DNA of 64,000 nt from an uncultured Candidatus Peribacteria bacterium (GTDB lineage Bacteria > Patescibacteriota > Gracilibacteria > Peribacterales > Peribacteraceae): NCBI GenBank assembly GCA_964434575.1, contig CAYSWB010000003.1:57266-121265 (forward strand), written 5' to 3'. Under the pieces are notes generated by a model. The model searched no databases, was not told where the DNA came from, and saw nothing but the letters and a program-made list of their open reading frames with translations. A program made the translations under genes and the position numbers. How positions within the stretch are numbered: position 1 is the stretch's first letter; each line of letters opens with the position of its first letter. This document shows, piece after piece, positions 36,107 through 44,633 of the stretch.

Positions 36107-38716
36107 ATGCACCCGTTCGACCGCTTCACACCGAATGCCAAGCTCGCCCTCCAACTGGCCGAGCAAGAGGCGAAAAACCTCAAGTCGATGTACATCGGCA
36201 CCGAACACCTGCTCTTGGGATTGCTCAGCATCCCGAAGTCGCTGGGATTCTCGATCCTCACCGGAGCGGGAGTCACGCAGGAGAACATCCGCATCCTGCT
36301 GAAGGCCAACAAGGTGGCCGACAGCGAGGGCCAGAACGTGAAGCACGGCCTGTCGCTCGCTTTGAACACCGTCATCGAGCAGAGCGTGATGGTGGCCCAC
36401 AAGTTCCGCCACGCCAACATCGGCACCGAGCACCTCTTGTACGCGCTCATCAGCAGCGGCAAGAACTCCGCCACGGTCCTGCTGGAGCACATGCAGATCA
36501 ACCCGCATGACCTCCAGACGCACATCGAGGAGATGTTCGGGCAGATCAGCCAGTTCCGTTCGCAGAACAAGAACCTCGAGTCCTCGCTGGAGTCGTTCTT
36601 CCAGGGTCTGCAGGGCGCCCTCGTGGGCATGCAGAACCAGACCGACCCGGAGGGCCTGAAGAAGAAGCGCACCGAGGGCAAGAGCAAGACGCCCGTACTC
36701 GACTACTTCACCGACGACATGACCAAGAAGGCCGGCGAGAAGAAGCTGGAGCCGGTGGTCGGCCGCGACACGGAGATCGAGCGCCTGGTGCACATCCTGA
36801 ACCGCAAGACGAAGAACAACCCGGTGCTCATCGGCGAGTCCGGCGTCGGCAAGACCGCCATCGTGGAAGGCCTGGCCCAGCGCATCGCCGACGGCAAGGT
36901 GCCCGACACGCTGAAGGGCAAGAAGGTCCTGCAGCTGAACATGGGCTCGCTCGTCGCCGGCACCAAGTACCGCGGCGAATTCGAACAGCGCTTCGACGAC
37001 ATCATCAAGGAAGCCACCGAGAGCAAGCGCGAGATCATCTTGTTCATCGACGAGCTGCACACCGTCGTCGGCTCCGGCTCGGCCGAAGGCTCGCTGGACG
37101 CCGCCAACATCCTCAAGCCCGCCCTGTCCCGCGGCGCGCTGCAGGTCATCGGCGCCACGACCACCGACGAGTACCGCAAGAGCATCGAAAAGGACCGCGC
37201 GCTCGAGCGCCGCTTCCAGTCGATCATGGTCGAGGAGCCCAGCATCGAGGACGCCATCGGCATCCTGATGGGCGTGAAGCAGAGCTTCGAGAACTTCCAC
37301 CGCCTGACCATCGCCGACGCCGCCATCGAGGCCGCCGTGAAGCTCAGCAAGCGCTACCTCACCGAGCGTTTCCTGCCGGACAAGGCCATCGACGTGCTCG
37401 ACGAAGCCGCGGCCGGCAAGAGCATCCAGCAGAAGCCGGACGTCTCGCCGCGCCTGAAGGAAATCGACAAGGCGCTGAAGGACATCGAACTCAAGAAGCA
37501 GGCCGCCGTGAAGGACCAGAAGTACCAACACGCCCTCAAGCTCCGCAAGGAGGAGGAAGAGCTGGTGGCCGAGCGCAAGTCGCTCGAGGCGCGCGCCGAC
37601 GGCGACCGCCGCTCCCCCGTCGAAATCAACGAGGACGACATCCATGCCGTCATCGCCCGCATGACCGGCATTCCCATCACGCGTCTGATGAAGTCCGAAA
37701 CCAAGCGCCTGAACTCGCTGGAGAACGTGCTGCGCAAGCACGTCGTCGGCCAGGACGAGGCCATCCAGAAGATCGCCCGCGCCATCCGCCGCAGCCGCGT
37801 GGGCATCTCCGACTCGCGCCGCCCGATCGGTTCGTTCCTGTTCATGGGACCGACCGGCGTGGGTAAGACCGAGCTGGTGAAGACGCTGGCCCGCGAGATC
37901 TTCCAGCGCGAGGACGCCCTGGTGAAGATCGACATGTCCGAGTTCATGGAACGCCACAACGTGTCCCGCCTTACCGGCACCACCGCCGGCTACGTGGGCT
38001 ACGAGGAAGGCGGCCAGCTGACCGAAACGGTCCGCCGCAAGCCGTACTCCGTCGTGCTGTTCGATGAAATCGAGAAGGCCCACCCCGAGTTCTTCAACAT
38101 CCTCCTGCAGATCATGGAGGACGGAACGCTGACGGACGGCCAGGGCAAGACCGTGGACTTCCGCAACACGATTATCGTCATGACCAGCAACATCGGAGCA
38201 GACAAGCTCACCAAGCAGGCCGGCAAGATCGGCTTCAAGCTGGAGGACGACGCCAAGCGCGAGGAGCAGGCCTACGAAGAGAAGCGCCAGGAAGTCCTGC
38301 GCGAGCTGAAGGACCACTTCCGCCCCGAGTTCTTAAACCGCATCGACCAGACCATCGTCTTCAACGCCCTGGCGCAGGACGCCATCCGCAAGATCGTCAC
38401 GCTGCACGTCACGCAGCTCGAGAAGCGCCTGAAGGAGCAGGGCTACGGCCTGGAGCTGGACGCCAAGGCCATCGGCGTGCTCGGCACGCTCGGGTTCGAC
38501 CCCGAGTACGGCGCCCGCCCGGTCCGCCGCACCATCCAGGAGAAACTGGAGGATCCGATCGCCGAGAACATCCTGAAGGGCATCTACGACAAGGGCGACG
38601 TCATCCACGTCATCGGAAAGGACAAGGACGTGCTGGAGTTCGTCCACGGCGAGGTCCGCGGCACCAAGCCCCAGAAAGCCGCCACCGACAAAGCCGACAA
38701 GGCCATGGCTGCCTGA
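36107..38716 (+). CDS. clpC: ClpC-type class I AAA+ chaperone (Clp protease ATP-binding subunit)
   Basis: 869 aa. Double Clp_N repeats ([12 protein letters not shown] / [12 protein letters not shown]), Walker A GESGVGKT and GPTGVGKT, a short UVR-like M-domain, and a KIGFKLED loop (IGF-type ClpP docking motif). Confidence 0.9.
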   Translation: MHPFDRFTPNAKLALQLAEQEAKNLKSMYIGTEHLLLGLLSIPKSLGFSILTGAGVTQENIRILLKANKVADSEGQNVKHGLSLALNTVIEQSVMVAHKFRHANIGTEHLLYALISSGKNSATVLLEHMQINPHDLQTHIEEMFGQISQFRSQNKNLESSLESFFQGLQGALVGMQNQTDPEGLKKKRTEGKSKTPVLDYFTDDMTKKAGEKKLEPVVGRDTEIERLVHILNRKTKNNPVLIGESGVGKTAIVEGLAQRIADGKVPDTLKGKKVLQLNMGSLVAGTKYRGEFEQRFDDIIKEATESKREIILFIDELHTVVGSGSAEGSLDAANILKPALSRGALQVIGATTTDEYRKSIEKDRALERRFQSIMVEEPSIEDAIGILMGVKQSFENFHRLTIADAAIEAAVKLSKRYLTERFLPDKAIDVLDEAAAGKSIQQKPDVSPRLKEIDKALKDIELKKQAAVKDQKYQHALKLRKEEEELVAERKSLEARADGDRRSPVEINEDDIHAVIARMTGIPITRLMKSETKRLNSLENVLRKHVVGQDEAIQKIARAIRRSRVGISDSRRPIGSFLFMGPTGVGKTELVKTLAREIFQREDALVKIDMSEFMERHNVSRLTGTTAGYVGYEEGGQLTETVRRKPYSVVLFDEIEKAHPEFFNILLQIMEDGTLTDGQGKTVDFRNTIIVMTSNIGADKLTKQAGKIGFKLEDDAKREEQAYEEKRQEVLRELKDHFRPEFLNRIDQTIVFNALAQDAIRKIVTLHVTQLEKRLKEQGYGLELDAKAIGVLGTLGFDPEYGARPVRRTIQEKLEDPIAENILKGIYDKGDVIHVIGKDKDVLEFVHGEVRGTKPQKAATDKADKAMAA

Positions 38717-38743
38717 AGCCAAAAAATAGGCTTTCAAAGATGT

Positions 38744-38783
38744 CAAAGAAGACAAGGACGACCATGAATCCTTGTCTTCTTTG
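38744..38783 (+). terminator. long perfect hairpin after clpC
   Basis: caaagaagacaagg-12 nt-ccttgtcttctttg is a 14-bp perfect stem. The downstream tcgtcctt (38784-38791) can alternatively pair with aaggacga (38755-38762). The T-tract is weak. Confidence 0.5.
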
Positions 38784-38811
38784 TCGTCCTTGATTTCCCT
38801 GGCTTCCTGAA

Positions 38812-38840
38812 TTGAAAAATTGGCTTGTTTCTGCTAGAAT
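38812..38840 (+). promoter_or_regulatory. sigma70-like promoter of the PrgI-like/VirB4-N pair
   Basis: TTGAAA-17 nt-TAGAAT, 26 nt before the ATG at 38867. Confidence 0.55.
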
Positions 38841-38866
38841 AGAGAGATTCCCTCAACAAAAGACCC

Positions 38867-39727
38867 ATGCCGATCGAGCCCGTCAAAATTCCGCAGAACG
38901 TGTACGTCGAGGACCGCATCATCGGTCCGGTCACGCTGAAGCAGCTCGCCATCGTCGGAGTCGGCGCCGGCATCAGCTACGCCATGTTCTCCACCGCCAG
39001 CCGCGGAGGTTCCATCAGCATCCCGTACGGCGTGCTGCTCTGGACCCCGGCCATGATCGCGGCCGCGTTCGCCTTCCTGAAGATCAACGACCTGAGCCTG
39101 TTCAACATCATCCTGCTCGGCATCGAACACTCCAACAAGCCGGATCTCCGCTTCTGGAGTTCGCACCCCGGCATCTCGATCAACTTCGTGAGCAAGGCCG
39201 CCAAGCAGGCGGTCATCGACGCCAACACGAAAATCACCGAGAACGCCGGAAAGCTCGCCGAGCTGACCAGGCAGCTGGAACGGCGCGAGGAAGAACTTTC
39301 CAAACTTGCCAACCATACGCTCACCACGACGACGCCATCGGAAACCGCGCCGCCCCCGACCTCGGGCAACAGGCGCCTCGACGGCATCAACGCCATGCAC
39401 GAGGCCGCCGGCGCTCCCGCCAAGGCAGCCCAATCCCCCGCCGCACCTGCCGCGCCGGTCACCATCGCTTCCATCTCCGCCCCCATTCCGGCCGCCCCCG
39501 TGCAGCAAAACCGCGTGCAGGCCCAGGGCTTGAACCCGGCCGCGTCCATCGACGGCATCGCCGCCAAGCCGGCCGCATCCACCGAAGCCGCCGCCGCGGC
39601 CGCCGAAGACGCCCAGACGGAAGCCGAATTCCAGGCCGAGATCGACGCCGCGGACAAAGGACCCAGCAACGGCGGCGGCAAGAAAGCGCTGGACGCCTTC
39701 AAACACATCTTCCCTTCGCAGAACTAA
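38867..39727 (+). CDS. PrgI-family-like membrane protein with Ala/Pro-rich tail
   Basis: VKIPQNVYVEDRIIGPVTLKQLAIVGVGAGISYAMF plus a second TM match the PrgI-type N-terminus seen next to Gram-positive/CPR VirB4 genes. The C-terminal ~140 aa are low-complexity. Confidence 0.65.
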   Translation: MPIEPVKIPQNVYVEDRIIGPVTLKQLAIVGVGAGISYAMFSTASRGGSISIPYGVLLWTPAMIAAAFAFLKINDLSLFNIILLGIEHSNKPDLRFWSSHPGISINFVSKAAKQAVIDANTKITENAGKLAELTRQLERREEELSKLANHTLTTTTPSETAPPPTSGNRRLDGINAMHEAAGAPAKAAQSPAAPAAPVTIASISAPIPAAPVQQNRVQAQGLNPAASIDGIAAKPAASTEAAAAAAEDAQTEAEFQAEIDAADKGPSNGGGKKALDAFKHIFPSQN

Positions 39728-39737
39728 CCCCGCACCC

Positions 39738-40487
39738 ATGCCCGCAAACGCCGACAACGGCCTTCTCTCCACCACCGGCGGCGCTCCGGACACCGTCCGC
39801 AGCAAAAAGAAGGGCACCGTGTCCTCCACCCAGCGCTACCTCCCGATCGCCGAGATCAAAGAGGACACGCTCGTGCTGAAGAACGGCGGACTGCGCGCGG
39901 TGCTCCGCGTGAACTCGCTGAACTTCAACCTCAAGTCCGAGGTGGAGCAGCAGGGTATCATCGCCGGTTACCAGGCATTCGTGAACACGCTCATCTTTCC
40001 GATCCAGATTCTCATCCGCTCCACGCGCCTGAACATCGACCCGTACATCAAGGGTCTGCAGGAGAAGGCCGTCACGCAGGAGAACCCGCTGCTCAAGGAC
40101 CAGACGCTCGACTACGCCGACTTCATGGAGAAGCTCGTCGACATCGCCGACATCATGCAGAAGAGCTTCTACATCATCGTTCCGCTGGACGCCCTCACCG
40201 ACACCAAACGCAGCCTCATGCAGCGCTTCATGCAGTGGCTGGCCGCCGAGGACACCAAGAGCAAGGCGCTCGAGCGCAGCCGCGTCTTCCGCGGGTACAG
40301 CAAAATCCTCCGCGACCGCATCACGCTGGTGCAGTCCGGCCTGGAGAACATCGGCATCACCATGCGCCGCCTGAAGACCGACGAGCTGGTGCAGCTGTTC
40401 TACTCGATTTACAACCCGCTGACCTGCCAGAAGCAGAAGTTCAGCGGCATCGACGACCTGAACGTGGATAAGTCGCTGGTGATTTAG
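39738..40487 (+). CDS. VirB4/TrsE-like N-terminal domain only (ATPase domain absent)
   Basis: 249 aa. STQRYLPIAEIKEDTLVLKNGGLRAVLRVNSLNFNLKSEVEQQGIIAGYQAFVNTLIFPIQILIRS matches the N-terminal region of VirB4-type proteins. No Walker A follows. The stop codon abuts an inverted repeat. Confidence 0.6.
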   Translation: MPANADNGLLSTTGGAPDTVRSKKKGTVSSTQRYLPIAEIKEDTLVLKNGGLRAVLRVNSLNFNLKSEVEQQGIIAGYQAFVNTLIFPIQILIRSTRLNIDPYIKGLQEKAVTQENPLLKDQTLDYADFMEKLVDIADIMQKSFYIIVPLDALTDTKRSLMQRFMQWLAAEDTKSKALERSRVFRGYSKILRDRITLVQSGLENIGITMRRLKTDELVQLFYSIYNPLTCQKQKFSGIDDLNVDKSLVI

Positions 40488-40578
40488 AGGGATTCAGGGG
40501 AAGCAAGAGAATCAGGAGATGCAGTGATTTCGTGAGTTCCCCTGACTCCCCTGTTTCATCTGACTCCCCTGAATCCTC
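40487..40578. repeat. ~92-bp element bounded by 12/14-bp inverted repeats, with an internal 12-bp direct repeat
   Basis: ggattcagggga (40490-40501) is the perfect reverse complement of tcccctgaatcc (40565-40576). ctgactcccctg occurs at 40542-40553 and 40560-40571. Confidence 0.6.
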
Positions 40579-40591
40579 ACGTCCAGGACAA

Positions 40592-40621
40592 TTGACAATC
40601 TGCGCCCCGCGCCGCTAGAGT
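40592..40621 (+). promoter_or_regulatory. sigma70-like promoter of rpsA
   Basis: TTGACA-18 nt-TAGAGT. The ~65-nt leader contains an 8-bp hairpin gtgcaagg/ccttgcac (40642-40679). Confidence 0.5.
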
Positions 40622-40692
40622 AGCCGCGCGTTCCGTCGCTCGTGCAAGGACGGTCCGCATCCTTATTCTTCCCTTGCACCCACACTTTTTCT

Positions 40693-42000
40693 ATGGCTAC
40701 CGCCACGAAAACCAAGACCCCGTCCATCATGTACGAGTTGTTGAAGGAATCCCCGCCCGCTTTCAGCGCGCGTCCGGGTGAACTCGTCGAAGGCATGGTC
40801 ATCTTCAAGGGCAAGAACAAGCTCTTGGTGGACCTGAACGGCGTCGCGACCGGCATCATCTCGGGCCGCGAGTTGCGCGACTCCATGAACACGTTCCGCG
40901 AGCTGAACGTCGGCGATCCGATCGCCGCGCTGGTGCTTGAGGACGAGAACGACGAAGGCATGGTCGTGCTGTCGCTCCGCATGGCGAGCCAGCAGAAGGC
41001 CTGGGACCGCTTCCACAAGATGATCGAGGACGACAAGACCATGACGTTCACCGCGCAGGAAGCCAACAAGGGCGGACTGCTCGCGAACATCGACGGCATC
41101 CGCACCTTCCTGCCCGTGTCGCAGCTCGCTCCGTCGAACTACCCGCGCGTCAACAACGGCGACAGCGCCGAGATCCTGAACCGCCTGCAGAAGTTCGTCG
41201 GCCACACCTTCACCGTGAAGATCATCACGCTCGACGAGGACGCCGGCAAGATCGTCGTCTCCGAGCGCGAGGCCATGGCCGAGGAGCGTTCCAAGATGCT
41301 CGAGACCCTGACCATCGGCTCCGTGAAGGACGGCCACGTCAGCGGCATCGTGAAGTTCGGTCTGTTCGTGGCCTTCGAAGGCCTGGAAGGACTGGTGCAC
41401 ATCTCCGAGATCGCATGGGGCCACGTCAAGAACCCGGCCGAGTTCGCCCAAGTCGGCGACCGCGTGCAGGTGAAGGTCATCGGCATCGACGGCGAGAAGT
41501 TGTCGCTGTCCATCAAGCAGCTGGCCAAGGACCCGTGGGAAGAGATCGCCGAGCGGTACCCGGTCGGCAAGAAGGTGGAAGGTACCGTCGTGCGCTTCGC
41601 AGACTACGGCGCGTTCCTGAACCTCGAGAAGGACATCACCGGTCTGGTGCACATCACCGAGATCGACCACCAGAAGGTGGCCGACCCGGCCCAAGCCCTG
41701 AAGATCGGCCAGAAGGTCGAGGCCCAGGTCATCAACATCGACATCGACGAGCGCCGCATCGGCCTGTCGATCAAGGCTCTCAAGCCCATCGACGCCGCCA
41801 CCCTGGAGCGCATCAAGAAGGAAAAGGAGGCCGAGGCCTCCGGCGCTTCCGCTCCGGCCGCCGAAGGCGGATACGTCGCATCGAAGACCGGCAAGAAGTT
41901 CTATGCCGAGGGCAGCGCCGCCGCCAAGAAGATCGCCGCCGAGAACCTGGTGAGCTTCAAGACCAAGGCCGAGGCCGAGGCAGCCGGTTACGCAGAGTAA
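40693..42000 (+). CDS. rpsA: 30S ribosomal protein S1 (four S1 domains) with extra C-terminal tail
   Basis: Start at MATATKTK. There are repeated S1 OB-fold units (GELVEGMV.., GGLLANIDGIRTFLPVSQ, GHVSGIVKFGLFVAF, GTVVRFADYGAFLNL). The tail is GKKFYAEGSAAAKKIAAENLVSFKTKAEAEAAGYAE. Confidence 0.9.
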   Translation: MATATKTKTPSIMYELLKESPPAFSARPGELVEGMVIFKGKNKLLVDLNGVATGIISGRELRDSMNTFRELNVGDPIAALVLEDENDEGMVVLSLRMASQQKAWDRFHKMIEDDKTMTFTAQEANKGGLLANIDGIRTFLPVSQLAPSNYPRVNNGDSAEILNRLQKFVGHTFTVKIITLDEDAGKIVVSEREAMAEERSKMLETLTIGSVKDGHVSGIVKFGLFVAFEGLEGLVHISEIAWGHVKNPAEFAQVGDRVQVKVIGIDGEKLSLSIKQLAKDPWEEIAERYPVGKKVEGTVVRFADYGAFLNLEKDITGLVHITEIDHQKVADPAQALKIGQKVEAQVINIDIDERRIGLSIKALKPIDAATLERIKKEKEAEASGASAPAAEGGYVASKTGKKFYAEGSAAAKKIAAENLVSFKTKAEAEAAGYAE

Positions 42001-42023
42001 TCGACCCGATCACCGAGATTCCG

Positions 42024-42053
42024 AAACTCCGGGCGCACACCCGGAGTTTTTTT
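42024..42053 (+). terminator. intrinsic terminator after rpsA
   Basis: aaactccggg-cgcaca-cccggagttt followed by a T-run. Confidence 0.8.
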
Positions 42054-42087
42054 GTCGCGCGGGTACCGCCTCCTGTATGGTTGCCGC

Positions 42088-42498
42088 ATGCCTGCACAGC
42101 AGAACCACATGCTCGCTGCCGTCCGGGATTTCTATGTCGCGCTGAACGCGAACGATATCGCCGCCGCGTTGCGGCTGTTTGACGCACAGCCCGTGCGCAT
42201 CGAGTTCGAAGGCCTGCCGTTTGCCGGCGCTTTCCATGGTCTTGCCGAACTGGAAACGCACTTGTCCACGGCGCGCTCGACATGGGCCGAGGGCAGCTGC
42301 GAACCCCGGCGCCTGGTCGCCGGCGAAGACAAGGTCGTCGCGCTGGTGCACGTGCGCGTGCGGAAGAAGGACGCCGCGGAGTGGAACGAGGGTGACACGG
42401 GAGACGTATTCACCTTCAAGGACGGCAAGATCGCGGAAATGCGCACCTTCCTGAAAGGCGATGAGGCACTTGCGTGGGCAGGTGTCCAGATGGCCTAA
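42088..42498 (+). CDS. SnoaL/NTF2-like (ketosteroid isomerase-fold) protein
   Basis: 136 aa. AAVRDFYVALNANDIAAALRLF ... FTFKDGKIAEMRTF. TATGGT at 42076-42081 lies 6 nt before the ATG. Confidence 0.7.
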   Translation: MPAQQNHMLAAVRDFYVALNANDIAAALRLFDAQPVRIEFEGLPFAGAFHGLAELETHLSTARSTWAEGSCEPRRLVAGEDKVVALVHVRVRKKDAAEWNEGDTGDVFTFKDGKIAEMRTFLKGDEALAWAGVQMA

Positions 42499-42524
42499 GT
42501 CTCTTTTTGAATCCCAGACTCCAG

Positions 42525-42552
42525 GAACTCCGGCTGACACCCGAGTTTTTTT
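42525..42552 (+). terminator. intrinsic terminator, near-copy of the 42024 terminator
   Basis: aactccgg-ctgaca-cccgagtt has one mismatch and is followed by 8 T. Confidence 0.7.
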
Positions 42553-42707
42553 TGACAGAAGGAAATTGCATTGTATGGTCATAACAGTCTCAGTTCCTTT
42601 ACATCAGCGTGGAAACGACTGGTGCGAAGCGTACTGGGGAAACCCGTGCCCTTGAAGCGACGTCGTGACGTTCGCGGGGCCGGGAAGGCGACACAGGGAG
42701 ATGAATC

Positions 42708-43241
42708 GTGTCGCGCAAAGCAATGTTTGAAGTGTCGGTGGTGCTCGGTGTCATCGCAGCGATCTTCGGCTACTCACTGCTGATGAGCCGTCTGGAAGAC
42801 AATCGCAAAGCAAGCGCCAAAGCCGCCGCCGACCAGAAGGCCGCAACCGCAAAAGACGAGCTCCCGAAAGCCATCGAGATCGTGAAAGAGGCCGCCGCCA
42901 AAGCCAAGGCGGCTCGCCTCAAGGCCACCGAAGCCGACGAGGCCGCGACGAAGGCGGCACAGCAGGCGAAGCTCATCGAAAACGCGGCGAAGGACGCACG
43001 CCAACGTGCGGAGCTCGCCGAAGACGTCGAACTGGAAGCCTTCCAGAAAGCCGAAACCCTCCGCCTGACCGCACGCTTGAAAGACGAAGATGTGACCGAG
43101 TACGCCACGCTGCGCGACGAACGTGACTTCACCGAACGCCTGAAGCGCTACAACCAGGTCCGCGCCCAGTGCTGCGTCCTGGTGTTCGCCGTCATCGTGA
43201 TCATCGCCGTCTTCGCCTGGTGTCGCCGCAACCGCTGGTGA
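42708..43241 (+). CDS. coiled-coil protein with TM helices at both ends
   Basis: 177 aa. N-terminal VSVVLGVIAAIFGYSLL and C-terminal CCVLVFAVIVIIAVFAW flank an Ala/Lys/Glu-rich helix. It has a GTG start 8 nt after GGGAGA. Confidence 0.6.
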   Translation: MSRKAMFEVSVVLGVIAAIFGYSLLMSRLEDNRKASAKAAADQKAATAKDELPKAIEIVKEAAAKAKAARLKATEADEAATKAAQQAKLIENAAKDARQRAELAEDVELEAFQKAETLRLTARLKDEDVTEYATLRDERDFTERLKRYNQVRAQCCVLVFAVIVIIAVFAWCRRNRW

Positions 43242-43289
43242 GAAACGTAAACCGGCCTTCGCCCATCCGCGCTTGAATTGAGACACACA

Positions 43290-43312
43290 GGCCCCTCCGC
43301 GCAGGAGGGGCC
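43290..43312. terminator. GC hairpin between convergent genes
   Basis: ggcccctcc-gcgca-ggaggggcc is a perfect 9-bp stem with no clear U-tract. Confidence 0.4.
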
Positions 43313-43323
43313 GCCTTACGATA

Positions 43324-43656
43324 TTAGGATTTGAGCTTCTGCTCGCTCATGAAATGCAGATGGATGTACGGAACCTCCTGCCCGCCGCCCTTGCCCACGT
43401 TGAATTGAAGCTTGTAACCATCGATCCCCTGCTCTTTGGCGAACTTGTGGGCCTTCAGGATCAGCATGCCCGGAATGTGCGCCGTGTCGGGCGTCACGGT
43501 GGCGACGGATTCGACAAAATGCTTGGGAACGAACAGCAGGTGCGTGGCCGCCTTGGGGTGGATGTCATGGAAAACAAAAACCTCGTCGTCCTGGTACGCG
43601 ACGGTGGACGGAACGGTGCCGGCCAGGATCTTATGAAAGATGGTTTCGGTGGGCAT
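43324..43656 (-). CDS. HIT-family (histidine triad) nucleotide-binding protein
   Basis: 110 aa. IFHKILAG, FHDIHPKA and YIHLHFM triad region. TAGGAT (43663-43668) lies 6 nt upstream of the ATG. Confidence 0.9.
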   Translation of the reverse strand: MPTETIFHKILAGTVPSTVAYQDDEVFVFHDIHPKAATHLLFVPKHFVESVATVTPDTAHIPGMLILKAHKFAKEQGIDGYKLQFNVGKGGGQEVPYIHLHFMSEQKLKS

Positions 43657-43723
43657 AGTGCGATCCTACACGCCCGGACCGGGAGCCGAAAACCCCGTTG
43701 AATGGCTTAGGGCTGCCATAAAA

Positions 43724-43752
43724 TTGACTTTTGACCGGGAATAAGCGATAAT
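43724..43752 (+). promoter_or_regulatory. sigma70-like promoter, leaderless type
   Basis: TTGACT-17 nt-GATAAT. The ATGs at 43755 and 43761 lie 2 and 8 nt after the -10. Confidence 0.55.
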
Positions 43753-43754
43753 AG

Positions 43755-44288
43755 ATGCAGATGCCGACTTTGAAGAACAGTCCCGAGCAATCGAACGTCC
43801 AGTCGTCTTCGGTGGAACAAGCCGAGGGACCGGCCGTCGTGTTCCAGCCGCAGAAGCTCACCGAGATCGTCGAGATGATCGACCTCATGGGCCGCATCAG
43901 CGAGCGCGTCCGCGAGGACAACTCGCAGGATGCGGGTGGTGGCGGTTCTTCCGGCGCGGCGGCGAAGAAAGGCCAGGCCGGTTCGGGCGTCAGTCCGCGC
44001 GACCAGGCCATCGCCAACCTGCCGGCCCCGCTGGTCATGCAGCAGCGTCTGGTGAAGCACATCCAGAAGGAAATCGACACGCTCGCATCGCAGGCTTCGG
44101 GCCTTTCCAACTCCACCAAGCGCGGAGCCGCCTTCGCGCTCAACGAGCTGTACAAGAAAATCCGCCGCCTCCACAACCTGATGGAGGAAATCATCAACGC
44201 GTCGCTGGAGCTCATCCAGCGGTTCTACATCGCGGTGTTCATCGACAAGCAGCCGATCCTGGTAAGCGGCAACACGTTCGCCGCTTAG
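43755..44288 (+). CDS. hypothetical protein (start probably the second ATG at 43761)
   Basis: 177-aa ORF, Gly/Ser-rich linker, then a helical C-terminal half. No family recognised. Confidence 0.55.
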   Translation: MQMPTLKNSPEQSNVQSSSVEQAEGPAVVFQPQKLTEIVEMIDLMGRISERVREDNSQDAGGGGSSGAAAKKGQAGSGVSPRDQAIANLPAPLVMQQRLVKHIQKEIDTLASQASGLSNSTKRGAAFALNELYKKIRRLHNLMEEIINASLELIQRFYIAVFIDKQPILVSGNTFAA

Positions 44289-44626
44289 CGCGACGAAGAG
44301 GAGGAAGAGGACGACGAAACTGACGACGAGGCCGCCGAGGACGGGCGGTGTTGTTGCTGGTTTTGCTCGACGCGCTGGATCACCGGTTCGATGATGGTGT
44401 CCAGCAACGGCGGCCAGTGGACGCCGCGCAGCATCCAAACGAGCATCGGCACGACCACCGCCACGGCCGCCATGGCGCCCAGCGCCGTAAAGATGCCGGT
44501 GAAGAACGCGCGCATCAGCGTGGGCCGCCAACGGGTCTGCGTCGACAGCCGGCGTTCGAGCTGCTCCAGCGTGTGCTGCAGGCGCGCCGCGTCCGTTGCC
44601 GGCTGTTTCGTCTCTCGCTTGATCAT
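44285..44626 (-). CDS. small membrane protein with poly-Ser tail
   Basis: Start at MIKRETKQ, 7 nt after the tkt stop. TM FFTGIFTALGAMAAVAVVVPMLVWML, with a C-terminal SSSSSSSSS run. Confidence 0.5.
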   Translation of the reverse strand: MIKRETKQPATDAARLQHTLEQLERRLSTQTRWRPTLMRAFFTGIFTALGAMAAVAVVVPMLVWMLRGVHWPPLLDTIIEPVIQRVEQNQQQHRPSSAASSSVSSSSSSSSSR

Positions 44627-44633
44627 GGAGTGC

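Noticed and set aside
40540-40572. Short direct repeats (ctgactcccctg x2) considered as a possible CRISPR fragment
   Set aside because: There are only two 12-bp copies with a 6-nt spacer, and no cas genes in the window. They are better explained as internal repeats of the small inverted-repeat element.
40512-41105. 197-aa minus-strand ORF opposite the rpsA 5' region and the inverted-repeat element
   Set aside because: It is antisense to the canonical S1 coding sequence. It has Ser-rich low-complexity translation and no start-context support.
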